Source: Minisyncoccota bacterium
Lineage (GTDB): Bacteria > Patescibacteriota > Minisyncoccia > Phycocordibacterales > PALSA-1337
DNA: 64,000 nt
Reading direction: 5' to 3'
NCBI GenBank assembly: GCA_035495115.1
Contig: DATJGJ010000010.1
Location: 2,407 to 66,406, forward strand
Both the position numbers and the translations under genes were made by a program. The notes beneath the pieces were generated by a model. The model searched no databases and was not told the DNA's origin. It saw only the letters and a program-made list of their open reading frames with translations. Positions within the stretch are counted from its first letter, which is position 1. Every line of letters starts with the position of its first letter. Shown here piece by piece: positions 39,207 to 49,101 of this stretch.

Positions 39207-39400
39207 CCAATTAACTCTAACTTCACACCGGATCTCCCCACAGGGAAGTCCGGTTTTTTATTATTCGGTTTCTACGAAAGTTCACCATTCTTTTCAATAT
39301 CCATGAAAATAAGCCTTAAATGCTTGACTTCGAAATCTGGCTCTGCTACTATACCTCTCACGCTCATTTGAGCTTTTTTAATTCTACATTCACTCATTCC

Positions 39401-39748
39401 ATGGCACGATCACTTAAGAAAGGTCCATATGTCGAGGAAAGACTCCTCAAGAAAATAGCTGGCAAAAAGCCTGCTACTTCTGGCGTCATCAAGACATGGT
39501 CACGTCGCAGTCAGATCTCTCCTGAGATGCTCGGCTTTACTTTTGGCGTACACAACGGTCGTGCTCATATAGAAGTTCTAGTCACCGAGGACATGGTTGG
39601 ACACCGCCTCGGTGAATTCTCGCCTACACGTAAGTTCGTACGTCACGGTGGTAAGATGCAAAAGGAAATCGAGCTCAAGGCAAAGGAGGCTGAGGTCGCA
39701 GCTGCAAAGTCAGCAAAGGAAGCAGCTACTACCGCTACAAAGAAATAA
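39401..39748 (+). CDS. rpsS: 30S ribosomal protein S19
   Basis: [30 protein letters not shown]; own TTGACT-17-TACTAT promoter. Confidence 0.98.
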   Translation: MARSLKKGPYVEERLLKKIAGKKPATSGVIKTWSRRSQISPEMLGFTFGVHNGRAHIEVLVTEDMVGHRLGEFSPTRKFVRHGGKMQKEIELKAKEAEVAAAKSAKEAATTATKK

Positions 39749-39757
39749 TACATTTTT

Positions 39758-40135
39758 ATGATTACTGCCTCACTCAAAAATACTCGCATCGCTCCTCGTA
39801 AAGTTCGTGTTGTCGCTGACATGATTCGTGGCAAGAGTGTTGCAGATGCACAGACCATCCTCGGTTTTGCTGCAAAGAAAGCTCGCCATCCTATCTCAGT
39901 CCTCATCGACTCAGCTGTTGCCAATGCTTCACACAATTTCAAGATCGGTCCAGAAGGCCTCATCGTCAAAGAGATTCGTGTCGATCAAGGCTTTGTTATG
40001 AAGCGCTCGATGCCTGTATCACGTGGTTCTGCTCACCCTATCGCTCTCCGTACGAGCCATATCCTCGTTGTTCTTGCTCCAGGAGTTGCAAAGAAGTCGA
40101 AAAAGACCGCAAAGAAGGCTACTGCTAAAAAATAA
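39758..40135 (+). CDS. rplV: 50S ribosomal protein L22
   Basis: RIAPRKVRVVADMIRGK, SAVANA, RTSHI. Confidence 0.97.
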   Translation: MITASLKNTRIAPRKVRVVADMIRGKSVADAQTILGFAAKKARHPISVLIDSAVANASHNFKIGPEGLIVKEIRVDQGFVMKRSMPVSRGSAHPIALRTSHILVVLAPGVAKKSKKTAKKATAKK

Positions 40136-40139
40136 TCAT

Positions 40140-40817
40140 ATGTCACACACCGTACACCCTTATTCTCATAGACTTGGCATCATCCGCGATTGGAAAGGTC
40201 GTTGGTTCGGCACAGATCAAGGATACCGCACAGCCCTCAAGACTGACGTTATCATCCGCGAATTCCTCCAAAAAGAGCTCCGTACGTTTTACGTAGGTGG
40301 CGTTGAGATTGAACGATCACAAAAAGTGCTCCGTGTTGTCATCAAGACTTCACGTCCAGGCATGCTCATCGGCAAATCAGGCGACGGTATCGTCAAACTC
40401 CGTGCAAAGATCATGACTCTTCTCCGTAAGGCGAAGATCGATCTCAAGAACCAAGAGCTCAAACTCGACATCGAAGAGGTTCGTACTCCTGAGTCAAACG
40501 CCGCTATTACAGGCATGATGATCGCTGAAGCTCTCGAAAAGCGTCTCCCATTCCGCCGTGTTCTCAAACAGACTATCGAAAAGGTTATGGCAAACAAAGA
40601 GGTAAAGGGTATCCGTATCCGCCTCGGTGGTCGTCTCGGTGGTGCTGAGATCGCTCGCTCAGAAGAGCTCAAGAAAGGACAGGTTCCTCTCCAGACACTC
40701 CGCGCAGACATCGACTTCGCTCGTGAAAAAGCTCATATGACTTACGGCGATATCGGTATCAAAGTTTGGATATACAAGGGCGAGATCTTCGCAAAAGACG
40801 TCGCTGCAAAGAAATAA
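40140..40817 (+). CDS. rpsC: 30S ribosomal protein S3
   Basis: HPYSHRLG, RPGMLIG, GRLGGAEIAR, VPLQTLRADID. Confidence 0.97.
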   Translation: MSHTVHPYSHRLGIIRDWKGRWFGTDQGYRTALKTDVIIREFLQKELRTFYVGGVEIERSQKVLRVVIKTSRPGMLIGKSGDGIVKLRAKIMTLLRKAKIDLKNQELKLDIEEVRTPESNAAITGMMIAEALEKRLPFRRVLKQTIEKVMANKEVKGIRIRLGGRLGGAEIARSEELKKGQVPLQTLRADIDFAREKAHMTYGDIGIKVWIYKGEIFAKDVAAKK

Positions 40818-40835
40818 ATCATTTAATTTACTACT

Positions 40836-41261
40836 ATGTTATTCCCTAAGAAAGTAAAACACCGCAAGTGGTTCACCAAACGCAAGAACAGCGTTAAGGA
40901 AGCTGCAAAAAATGAAACTCGTGGCGTCGAGGTCTCTTTTGGCTCATACGGCCTCAAAGCTATGAAGTATGCTCGTATCACTTCAAACCAAATCGAGTCA
41001 GCACGTAAAGTTATGGCTCGCTATGCTACCAAGTCTGGCAAAGTTTGGGTCCGTGTTTTTCCTGATCGTCCATATACTCAGAAGCCTGCCGAAGTGAAAA
41101 TGGGAAAGGGAAAGGGTGAACCGGTCGGCTTCGTATGTGAGGTCAAGCCAGGTCGCGTTATGTTCGAGATTGATGGTGTTGACGCTGAGGTTGCACGCGA
41201 AGCTCTCCGCAAGGCAGGTACAAAACTTCCTATGAAGACCAAGGTTGTCACACGCATCTAA
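40836..41261 (+). CDS. rplP: 50S ribosomal protein L16
   Basis: QIESAR, RVFPD, MGKGKG. Confidence 0.97.
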   Translation: MLFPKKVKHRKWFTKRKNSVKEAAKNETRGVEVSFGSYGLKAMKYARITSNQIESARKVMARYATKSGKVWVRVFPDRPYTQKPAEVKMGKGKGEPVGFVCEVKPGRVMFEIDGVDAEVAREALRKAGTKLPMKTKVVTRI

Positions 41262-41281
41262 TACTTTATATATCTACTATT

Positions 41282-41500
41282 ATGAAATCTACTCTCAATA
41301 AAGACATCGCCCACAAGACACAAGCAGACCTCGCAAAGATGGTGTCTGACAAGCGCGAAGCTCTCCGCCTCTTCCGTTTTGGTGCTGCTGGTGCAAAAGC
41401 AAAGAATGTCAAAGAGGGTAAATCTATCAGAAAGGACATCGCACGCATTTTGACTGCTATGAATAAAGGGAAGCACGAAAACATGGAAGCAGGGAAATAA
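41282..41500 (+). CDS. rpmC: 50S ribosomal protein L29
   Basis: LRLFRF...IRKDIARILT; position in operon. Confidence 0.92.
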   Translation: MKSTLNKDIAHKTQADLAKMVSDKREALRLFRFGAAGAKAKNVKEGKSIRKDIARILTAMNKGKHENMEAGK

Positions 41501-41543
41501 AAACTAGACAAATCATCTAATTTCAAGTAATATCACAACTCTT

Positions 41544-41804
41544 ATGAAAGCAACTAAAACAACAGTAGAAAAGAAGATCACACGCCAAACATTCACTGGT
41601 GTTGTTAGTTCTGACAAGATGAAAGACACCGTTGTTGTTGTGGTCAATCGTTTCATGAAGCATCCAAAGTATCAGAAGTTCATCAACAAGAGAACAAAGA
41701 TCATGGCTTCAGATATCGGCAATACAAAGAAGATAGGAGACAAAGCTACTGTCGAGGCTTGCCGTCCAATCTCAAAGAACAAATCATTCAAGGTTATCGC
41801 CTAA
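41544..41804 (+). CDS. rpsQ: 30S ribosomal protein S17
   Basis: GVVSSDKMKDTVVV, HPKY, CRPISK. Confidence 0.96.
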   Translation: MKATKTTVEKKITRQTFTGVVSSDKMKDTVVVVVNRFMKHPKYQKFINKRTKIMASDIGNTKKIGDKATVEACRPISKNKSFKVIA

Positions 41805-41820
41805 ATTTTAATACACTACC

Positions 41821-42192
41821 ATGATTCAACCACGCTCAATCGTCAATATCGCTGATAACTCTGGTGCAAAGATCGGACGTATCTTCAAAGTTCTCGGTGC
41901 ATCTCACAAACGCTATGCTGAGATCGGTGAAGTCGTTGTGCTCTCAGTCCAAAAGGCAGAGCCTCGCAAGGCAGTCAAGAAGAAAGACGTTCTCCATGCC
42001 GTCGTCGTTCGTCAGCGCAAAGCTACTCGCAGAAAGGACGGTTCATATATTCGTTTTGATGAGAACGCGGTTGTTATCATCGAGAAAGACAAGAAAGAGC
42101 CTATCGCTGGACGCATCTTCGGTCCAATCCCACGCGAGATCGCAGAAGCAGGTTTCAAGACTATCGCTTCAAAAGCTTCAGAAATCGTATAA
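41821..42192 (+). CDS. rplN: 50S ribosomal protein L14
   Basis: ADNSGAK, DGSYIRFDENA, RIFGP. Confidence 0.97.
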   Translation: MIQPRSIVNIADNSGAKIGRIFKVLGASHKRYAEIGEVVVLSVQKAEPRKAVKKKDVLHAVVVRQRKATRRKDGSYIRFDENAVVIIEKDKKEPIAGRIFGPIPREIAEAGFKTIASKASEIV

Positions 42193-42203
42193 CTTTTACT
42201 ACC

Positions 42204-42422
42204 ATGCATATCAAAAAAGGTGACACAGTTAAAATTCTCTCAGGAGATGACAAGGGCAAGACCGGCAAGGTCATCAAGGCTTTTCCTGCTACAGGAAAGG
42301 TGCTCATTGAAGGCATGAACATGATGAAGCGTCACGAGAAATCTCGTAAGCAGGGAACAAAGGGTCAGATCGTCGACCGTGCTATGCCGATGCATGCTTC
42401 AAAGGTTGCAAAGGCTGAATAA
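42204..42422 (+). CDS. rplX: 50S ribosomal protein L24 (short)
   Basis: IKKGDTVKILSGDDKGKTG KOW motif. Confidence 0.95.
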   Translation: MHIKKGDTVKILSGDDKGKTGKVIKAFPATGKVLIEGMNMMKRHEKSRKQGTKGQIVDRAMPMHASKVAKAE

Positions 42423-42433
42423 TATCCACTACC

Positions 42434-43006
42434 ATGACTACTACTCACAAGAAAACTGTTCTCGATTTAAATAAGGAATCATTCAAAGCTCTCAAGGACT
42501 CTTTGAACATCAAAAATGCTATGCAGGCTCCACAGCTCAAGAAAGTGGTTGTCAGTAGCAGTTTCGGTTCAGTGAAGGACAAGAAAAAGATTGAGATTAT
42601 CGCTGATCGTCTCGCTCGCATCACTGGCCAAAAGCCAGCCCCACGTGCAGCAAAGAAAGCTATCGCTACATTCAAGACTCGCGTCGGCGATCCTCTCGGC
42701 TACCAGATCACTCTCCGCGGCCCACGTATGTTCGATTTTATGGATCGTTTGATCAACATCGCTCTCCCTCGCACAAAGGACTTCCGCGGTCTCTCACGCA
42801 ACTCTGTCGACGCAATGGGCAACTATACGATCGGTATCAAGGAACACACTATCTTCCCAGAGACATCAGATGAAGACCTCAAGGACGTTTTTGGTCTCGC
42901 TATCACTCTCGTCACTACTTCAGATGACAAGGCAAAGACCATTGGCTTCCTCGAATACCTCGGTCTCCCACTCAAGAAAGAGGATGACAAGAAGGGAAAG
43001 AAATAA
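42434..43006 (+). CDS. rplE: 50S ribosomal protein L5
   Basis: ITGQKP, ALPRTKDFRG, GNYTIGIKEHTIFPE. Confidence 0.97.
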   Translation: MTTTHKKTVLDLNKESFKALKDSLNIKNAMQAPQLKKVVVSSSFGSVKDKKKIEIIADRLARITGQKPAPRAAKKAIATFKTRVGDPLGYQITLRGPRMFDFMDRLINIALPRTKDFRGLSRNSVDAMGNYTIGIKEHTIFPETSDEDLKDVFGLAITLVTTSDDKAKTIGFLEYLGLPLKKEDDKKGKK

Positions 43007-43060
43007 TATCTAAAAAACCACCGATGAGGTGGTTTTTTGTTTTCTGCTATACTACCAGCC

Positions 43061-44905
43061 ATGACCCAAGCCGAAGCATTAAATATTCTCAAAACGGGTG
43101 CAAACGTTTTTCTGACCGGACCAGCGGGCAGCGGCAAAACCTACGTCCTCAGAGAATACCTCCAGTGCCTGCGTGAACGAGAGATACCCGTCGGCATCAC
43201 GGCCTCGACGGGTATTGCTGCAACTCATATGGGCGGTGTCACTATACACTCGTGGTCTGGCGTCGGCGTACGCGATACTCTCTCAGAGCAAGATCTCGAG
43301 GAGATTTCAGAAAAGAGCTATGTAAAGACAAAGATCGAAGCGGCGAAAGTACTCATCATCGATGAGATATCTATGCTTCATCATTTCCGTTTGGATTTGA
43401 TAAATGAAATAGTTAAAAAAATCCGTAAATCAGATCAGCCGTTCGGTGGACTGCAAGTAGTCGTGTGCGGCGACTTTTTCCAATTGCCGCCGATCTCTCG
43501 TGGGGGAGAGCCCGATGCCTATTTTGCCTACCATTCAAAGGCATGGAAGGAAGCTAATTTCGTCGTCTGCTACCTCGAAGAACAACATCGTCAGATAGAC
43601 AAAGAATACGTAGGTATCTTGAATGGTATACGTGCCCAGTCGCTTTCAACGGCAATGATGGATTTGTTGCACGGGCGCATCATTTCTCGCAATAAGAGAG
43701 AAGACGACGGCATTGAGTTTCTGACTGATGAGCATATGGGTGCTGAAGAAGACGTTGTTTTTATTGGCGATGAAGATGAAGTTAAAAAGAAAGTCGAAAC
43801 AGATATTCCTGTCGAGATCCCTACGATTTTGACAGAGAATATAAAAGCCACGCGACTTTATTCTCACAATAGTGACGTTGACGCTGAAAATGACCGTGAG
43901 CTTGCCGCTGTTCCGGGGAACTTCTTGGAGTACAAGATGATATCTCACGGCAATAAAAAGCTGGTCGAAGGATTGAAGAAATCATGTTTGGCACCGGAAG
44001 TTCTCCGCCTCAAAGTAGGCGCTCAAGTCATGTTCGTCAAGAATAATTGGGAAGTAGGATATGCCAATGGTACACGAGGCGTCGTCGCTGAATGTACGTA
44101 TGACAGCATTGTCGTCAAAACACTCGATGGGAGAGAGATCGATGTTCCACTCGAAAGTTGGCGTGTCGATGAGGGCGATAGGACGCTCGCCGAGATCGAG
44201 CAGTATCCATTGCGACTCGCATGGGCTATCACTATACATAAGAGTCAGGGCATGTCGCTCGACGCTGCACACATCGACCTATCACGTTCATTTGAGAAGG
44301 GTATGGGCTATGTAGCGCTCTCTCGTGTACGATCGCTCCTCGGGCTTACCTTGGCAGGTCTCAACGATGTAGCCTTACATATTCATCCGGAAGCGTATGA
44401 GTTTGATAAGCATTTTCGTGAACAATCCAAAAAAGCCGAGGCGCATTTTATGTCGTTGTCAGCAGATGATCTCAAGGCGCGACAAAAGAAATTCCTCGGC
44501 CCTGATCCAGTGACAAAAGAAGATGGTGAGTCAGATGAAGATTTTGCGGAGAGATCAAAAGCCGTAAAACGCACTAGAAAAGGCAAAAAACCAAAGATAC
44601 CTACGGCTGAAGTTACACGCAGTCTCATCGATATGGGAAAATCCGTCCGTGAAGTCGCCAAGGAGCGCGGTCTTTCATTTGATACTATCCTCAATCACAT
44701 AGAACATGAAAAAAGAGAAGATCCGACGTGGAATATCTCGCATCTCCGTGACGCGCTCCCGGTCACTCGTTTCAAGAAAATCTCAATGGCGTTTCATACG
44801 GTGGGTATGCAAGAGGGGGGAGGTAGAGCACTTTCACCAGTTAAAAACATATTGGGCAATGGTTTCACTTTTGAGGAGATCAGGCTCGTGAGATTATTTC
44901 TGTAA
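43061..44905 (+). CDS. Pif1-family SF1B helicase with C-terminal helix-turn-helix
   Basis: TGPAGSGKT, ASTGIAA, TIHSW, IIDEISM, GDFFQLPP, LAWAITIHKSQG, YVALSR; C-terminal VAKERGLSFDTILNH. Confidence 0.92.
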   Translation: MTQAEALNILKTGANVFLTGPAGSGKTYVLREYLQCLREREIPVGITASTGIAATHMGGVTIHSWSGVGVRDTLSEQDLEEISEKSYVKTKIEAAKVLIIDEISMLHHFRLDLINEIVKKIRKSDQPFGGLQVVVCGDFFQLPPISRGGEPDAYFAYHSKAWKEANFVVCYLEEQHRQIDKEYVGILNGIRAQSLSTAMMDLLHGRIISRNKREDDGIEFLTDEHMGAEEDVVFIGDEDEVKKKVETDIPVEIPTILTENIKATRLYSHNSDVDAENDRELAAVPGNFLEYKMISHGNKKLVEGLKKSCLAPEVLRLKVGAQVMFVKNNWEVGYANGTRGVVAECTYDSIVVKTLDGREIDVPLESWRVDEGDRTLAEIEQYPLRLAWAITIHKSQGMSLDAAHIDLSRSFEKGMGYVALSRVRSLLGLTLAGLNDVALHIHPEAYEFDKHFREQSKKAEAHFMSLSADDLKARQKKFLGPDPVTKEDGESDEDFAERSKAVKRTRKGKKPKIPTAEVTRSLIDMGKSVREVAKERGLSFDTILNHIEHEKREDPTWNISHLRDALPVTRFKKISMAFHTVGMQEGGGRALSPVKNILGNGFTFEEIRLVRLFL

Positions 44906-44960
44906 TTAACAGGTCATTGCTGTTATTCTGACTGAGCTAGGTTATACTTTGTGTATACTT

Positions 44961-46103
44961 ATGATCAATAAACAACTGCTTGATTACATCTCATACAAAC
45001 TTGCTCATGGCTCAAGCGATGAGGCTATAGTTCAAAAAATCTTAGCAGAAGGTAGTTGGACAACTGCGGATATCAACGAGGCGTTCGCTGCGCTCGGCCG
45101 AAGTGTTCCAGAAAACAAAAAGCCCCAATTTATTGTACCTCCAATTGTACCTCCAATTTCAGCAACAATTGCACCAAAACCACCAGCCACACTTTCTGTG
45201 CCAGTTCGAGAACCTCTGACTCCTCCACCAGCGCCAATGCCGATCGTACCAAAACCGGAGGTTCAGCCAATACCAAAACCTACACCTCTTCCGGAAACCG
45301 CTCCGGTATCTCAAGCATGGGAAATGCCGCCTCGTGAAAAATCTCCCGCATCATCATTTCCACGTCCATCAGTTCCAACGCCACCGCTCCCGCAAACATC
45401 TGCATCGCATGTATTTGTAGCTCCAGTAAATCAGCGCCAGACTTCCACACATTCCGGGGCGCGTATTATCATTATCCTTCTCATTGTCGCCATTCTTGGA
45501 GGTGCGGGCGCATATATGTATTTGTATCGATTCGATACTGTACAATCGCTCATAAAGAGTATTGCTGGAAAGAGTGAGTCTACCACAGCCCCAAGTCCTT
45601 CAGTCCAAAAGCCGATAAAGAGAACTCCTGCTATGGTTAATAATGCATCATACAGTTTCGTATTACCTGATGGTTGGCAGGCATCAGCCTCATCAAATGA
45701 TGGTCAAGGCGTCCAAGCTTCAAATCCAACAACGGGATTTGTAGTATCGACAGCTATCACTCAAATCCCTAAAAGCGCAGGCGCTATCAGTTCGATTGAT
45801 CAGATAATGACGTCTGATACAACAAAGGCAATCATCAAATCAGAGTTCCCTGGCATGACTGTTGCTTTCGGCAAGGTAAGTGCCGGTATGCTCGGGGGAG
45901 AGAAGGCGGTTATTGTGGCTTTTACTTTGACAGCAACAAGCACAACTGATGGAGTCGAACAATTAAAGACCAAAGCGATGTTACAGTATAGTGCGGTGCA
46001 TGAGGGTATTTTATATAGTGTTGTTTTCAAATCAGATTTGGATAAAGGGTTGGATTTACTAAAAGATGCTGAGACTATAGCGGGAAGCTTTACGTTTATG
46101 TAG
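44961..46103 (+). CDS. Proline-rich single-pass membrane protein with PsbP-like external domain
   Basis: N-terminal LLDYI...GSWTTADINEAF, Pro-rich linker, TM, YSFVLPDGWQ. Confidence 0.7.
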   Translation: MINKQLLDYISYKLAHGSSDEAIVQKILAEGSWTTADINEAFAALGRSVPENKKPQFIVPPIVPPISATIAPKPPATLSVPVREPLTPPPAPMPIVPKPEVQPIPKPTPLPETAPVSQAWEMPPREKSPASSFPRPSVPTPPLPQTSASHVFVAPVNQRQTSTHSGARIIIILLIVAILGGAGAYMYLYRFDTVQSLIKSIAGKSESTTAPSPSVQKPIKRTPAMVNNASYSFVLPDGWQASASSNDGQGVQASNPTTGFVVSTAITQIPKSAGAISSIDQIMTSDTTKAIIKSEFPGMTVAFGKVSAGMLGGEKAVIVAFTLTATSTTDGVEQLKTKAMLQYSAVHEGILYSVVFKSDLDKGLDLLKDAETIAGSFTFM

Positions 46104-46254
46104 GTTACAAAGAGAGACTATTGACCCTTTATGCATCATCTGCTAGTATCATACCTACCTCAATAAAAGCTCGTTCTGAGGAAGTGATTGGAAGCAAACG
46201 CCTAAATTAAGGGCTTTAGCTAACCAATCGAAATTTTGTTTAAATAAACACATT

Positions 46255-46440
46255 ATGGCAACTAAAGCAGTCATTGCACGCTCAAAGAGAACACCGAAGT
46301 TTGCTTCGCGTGTTGTTCGTCGTTGTTTCCGTTGTGGTCGTAAGCACGGTTATATGCGTGATTTTGACCTCTGCCGTATTTGTTTCCGTGAATTCGCCAA
46401 TGAAGGCATTATCCCAGGCATAAAGAAATCATCATGGTAA
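46255..46440 (+). CDS. rpsN: 30S ribosomal protein S14 (zinc-binding type Z)
   Basis: RCFRCGR...LCRICFRE...IPGIKKSSW. Confidence 0.97.
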   Translation: MATKAVIARSKRTPKFASRVVRRCFRCGRKHGYMRDFDLCRICFREFANEGIIPGIKKSSW

Positions 46441-46820
46441 CAGACCCTATTTCAGACCTCATAACACGTATCAAGAACAGCAGTGATGCAAAGAAAGCAT
46501 CAGTCACTGTTATCGCATCAAAGCTCACAGAGAATATCGCTCACGTTCTCAAGAAAGCAGGCTACATCTCTTCTGTAGAAAAGAGCAAGACAAAGCGCGA
46601 GCTCGAGCTCGGTCTCGTCTACTTTGATGGTGTTCCTCGTATCAATGGCGTTGAGCGCGTTTCAAAGCCTTCTCGCCGTCTTTATCAGAAAGCAGCAGAT
46701 ATCCGCTCATTCCGCAGTGGTTTTGGTAACACAATCTTTACCACTTCAAAGGGCATTATGATTGATGCTGATGCAAAGAAGCTCAAACTTGGTGGAGAGA
46801 TCCTCTTTAAGATTTGGTAA
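46434..46820 (+). CDS. rpsH: 30S ribosomal protein S8
   Basis: [31 protein letters not shown]. Confidence 0.97.
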   Translation: MVTDPISDLITRIKNSSDAKKASVTVIASKLTENIAHVLKKAGYISSVEKSKTKRELELGLVYFDGVPRINGVERVSKPSRRLYQKAADIRSFRSGFGNTIFTTSKGIMIDADAKKLKLGGEILFKIW

Positions 46821-46839
46821 TAAATATTTCAATACTACT

Positions 46840-47373
46840 ATGTCAAGAATTGCCAAAAAACCTATAGTTATCCCAGCCAAGACAGAAGTTACTTTTGTTA
46901 ACGGTGTTTTGACTGTAAAGGGACCTCTCGGCGAGCTCAAAAAGAATCTCCGTGACGATGTTTCGATCACTATCGCAAACAACGAGATCGTTCTCGCCAA
47001 GAACCGCAACACCCTCCAGGCAGCCGCTATGATCGGCACATATGCTTCACATATCCGTAACATGATCGCTGGTGTCCACAAAGCATACGAAAAAAAGCTC
47101 GTCATCGAAGGTATCGGTTTCAAAGCTGATGTAAAAGGTACAAATCTCGTTCTCAACGTTGGTTTCTCGCACCCAGTTACTCTTCCTATCCCTGCAGGTC
47201 TCAAAGTAACGACTGAAAAGGCAAATATCATCGTCTCGGGCATCGATTGTGAAGTAGTCGGTCAGTTCGCAGCAGTCACTCGCGCAACAAAGAAGCCTGA
47301 GCCTTATCTCGGAAAGGGTATCCGTTATTCTGATGAAGTTATCCGCAGAAAGCAGGGTAAGAAGGCGGCATAA
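46840..47373 (+). CDS. rplF: 50S ribosomal protein L6
   Basis: MSRIAKKP, VKGPLGEL, GFSHP, PEPYLGKGIRY. Confidence 0.97.
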   Translation: MSRIAKKPIVIPAKTEVTFVNGVLTVKGPLGELKKNLRDDVSITIANNEIVLAKNRNTLQAAAMIGTYASHIRNMIAGVHKAYEKKLVIEGIGFKADVKGTNLVLNVGFSHPVTLPIPAGLKVTTEKANIIVSGIDCEVVGQFAAVTRATKKPEPYLGKGIRYSDEVIRRKQGKKAA

Positions 47374-47388
47374 ACATAATTTACTTAT

Positions 47389-47742
47389 ATGAAATCAATT
47401 ATCAAAACTCAAAACAAGAAATTTGCTCGCCGTCATGCTCGCACACGCGCAAAGATCAGTGGTACAGCAGAGCGCCCACGCCTCTCTGTTTTCAAGTCGC
47501 ATCGCTATATCTATGCTCAGATCATTGACGATACAAAGGGCAACACTCTCGCTGCTTTCTCATCAAAAGAGGTAAAGGCAAAGAGCCCAGCTGATCGCGC
47601 AAAGGAGGTTGGCACAGGCATCGCAAAGAAAGCTCTTGCAGCAAAGATCACCAAGGTAGTCTTTGATCGAGGAGGCTATTTGTATGCCGGTAAGATCAAG
47701 ATCGTGGCTGATGGTGCTCGCGAGGGAGGACTTCAATTCTAA
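47389..47742 (+). CDS. rplR: 50S ribosomal protein L18
   Basis: [25 protein letters not shown]. Confidence 0.97.
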   Translation: MKSIIKTQNKKFARRHARTRAKISGTAERPRLSVFKSHRYIYAQIIDDTKGNTLAAFSSKEVKAKSPADRAKEVGTGIAKKALAAKITKVVFDRGGYLYAGKIKIVADGAREGGLQF

Positions 47743-47756
47743 TTTTAATAACTATT

Positions 47757-48443
47757 ATGCAAGACAAAGACACACAGGTTAATACACAAGCTCCAGTAGC
47801 ACCAGCGACAGTTGTTCCAGCAGTCGCAAACAAGGTCACTCCAGGACGCAAGATGCGTGATTCAGCGCGTGCAGGCACACCAGGTGCTCGTAGCAGCAGC
47901 GATACACGCGGACGCGGCGGACGTACTGGCGGAGGACGTGGCAGTGAGCCACGTGAGCGTGTTAAGCCAGAATTCGATGCAAAGATGATCGATATTCGTC
48001 GTGTTACTCGTGTGTCATCAGGCGGACGTCGCTATAGCTTCAGTGTCGCTGTCGTCGCAGGTGATCGCAAGGGTCGTGTTGGTGTTGGTCTCGGTAAGGC
48101 AGGTGATACATCACTCGCTATCGAAAAGGCTACCCGTGAAGCAAAGAAGCACCTTGTCAAAGTTCCGCTTTCTGCTCAGATGACTATCCCTCACGCAACT
48201 TCAGCGAAGTTTGGCAGTGCTCGCATCATGGTATTCCCAGCTCGTGGTAGCGGTATCGTTGCAGGTAGTTCAGCACGTACAGTTATCGAGCTCGCAGGTA
48301 TCAAAGATGTCTGTGCAAAGATCATGTCAGGTTCAAAGAACAAGGTGAACATCGCTCGTGCTATCATCCTCGCTTTCGATAACTTGAGCAGGATCAATCG
48401 CCGCACTCTCCAGAACAAGGCGCCTAAAGTAGCTGCTAAATAA
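47757..48443 (+). CDS. rpsE: 30S ribosomal protein S5
   Basis: RVTRVSSGGRR, GRVGVGLGKA, GSGIVAG. Confidence 0.97.
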   Translation: MQDKDTQVNTQAPVAPATVVPAVANKVTPGRKMRDSARAGTPGARSSSDTRGRGGRTGGGRGSEPRERVKPEFDAKMIDIRRVTRVSSGGRRYSFSVAVVAGDRKGRVGVGLGKAGDTSLAIEKATREAKKHLVKVPLSAQMTIPHATSAKFGSARIMVFPARGSGIVAGSSARTVIELAGIKDVCAKIMSGSKNKVNIARAIILAFDNLSRINRRTLQNKAPKVAAK

Positions 48444-48454
48444 CTTTTAATACT

Positions 48455-49051
48455 ATGCAATTCCATCAACTTAAACGAGTCCACAAGAACAAGAAGCGCA
48501 TGACGGTTGCCCGTGGTGGCAAGCGTGGAAAGACATCTGGCCGTGGTGGCAAGGGTCAGTCTGCTCGTGCAGGTAACAAGCGCCGTCCAGAATGGCGTGA
48601 CATCATCAAGCGCCTCCCAAAGTTGCGTGGTCGTGGCGTCAACCAGCACAAGCCAGTTTCAGATGCATTCAAGGCTATCAATGTCAGTTTGATCGAAGCT
48701 ATCTTCAATGCAGGAGATATGGTTACTCCTACTTCTCTCGTTGAAAAGGGTGCAGTTGCTACATTTTCAGGAAACATTCCTCCTATCAAGATTCTTGGCG
48801 ACGGTGAGATCACCAAGGCTGTCAAAGTCTCAGGATGTGCTCTCTCGGGCAGTGCAAAAGAAAAGATCGAGAAGGCAGGCGGTACAGTCACACTCATCAC
48901 TCCAAAGGTTATTTCAAAGCCAGTAAAGGCTCCTAAAGTTAAAAAAGAAAAGGTTGCATCAGAAGCAGCTCCAGCAAAAGAAATCGCAGAAAAGAAGCCT
49001 ATTAAGGCAGCTGCAAAAAAGGCTCCAGCAAAGAAAGCAAAAGCCGAGTAA
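48455..49051 (+). CDS. rplO: 50S ribosomal protein L15 with Lys/Ala-rich C-terminal tail
   Basis: GKTSGRGGKGQSAR, RLPKLRG, KILGDGE, KIEKAGG. Confidence 0.96.
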   Translation: MQFHQLKRVHKNKKRMTVARGGKRGKTSGRGGKGQSARAGNKRRPEWRDIIKRLPKLRGRGVNQHKPVSDAFKAINVSLIEAIFNAGDMVTPTSLVEKGAVATFSGNIPPIKILGDGEITKAVKVSGCALSGSAKEKIEKAGGTVTLITPKVISKPVKAPKVKKEKVASEAAPAKEIAEKKPIKAAAKKAPAKKAKAE

Positions 49052-49101
49052 GTAAGCTATACTAGTTGAGTTCCCATTAAGAAGTAAGTAATCGAAATAT
49101 C

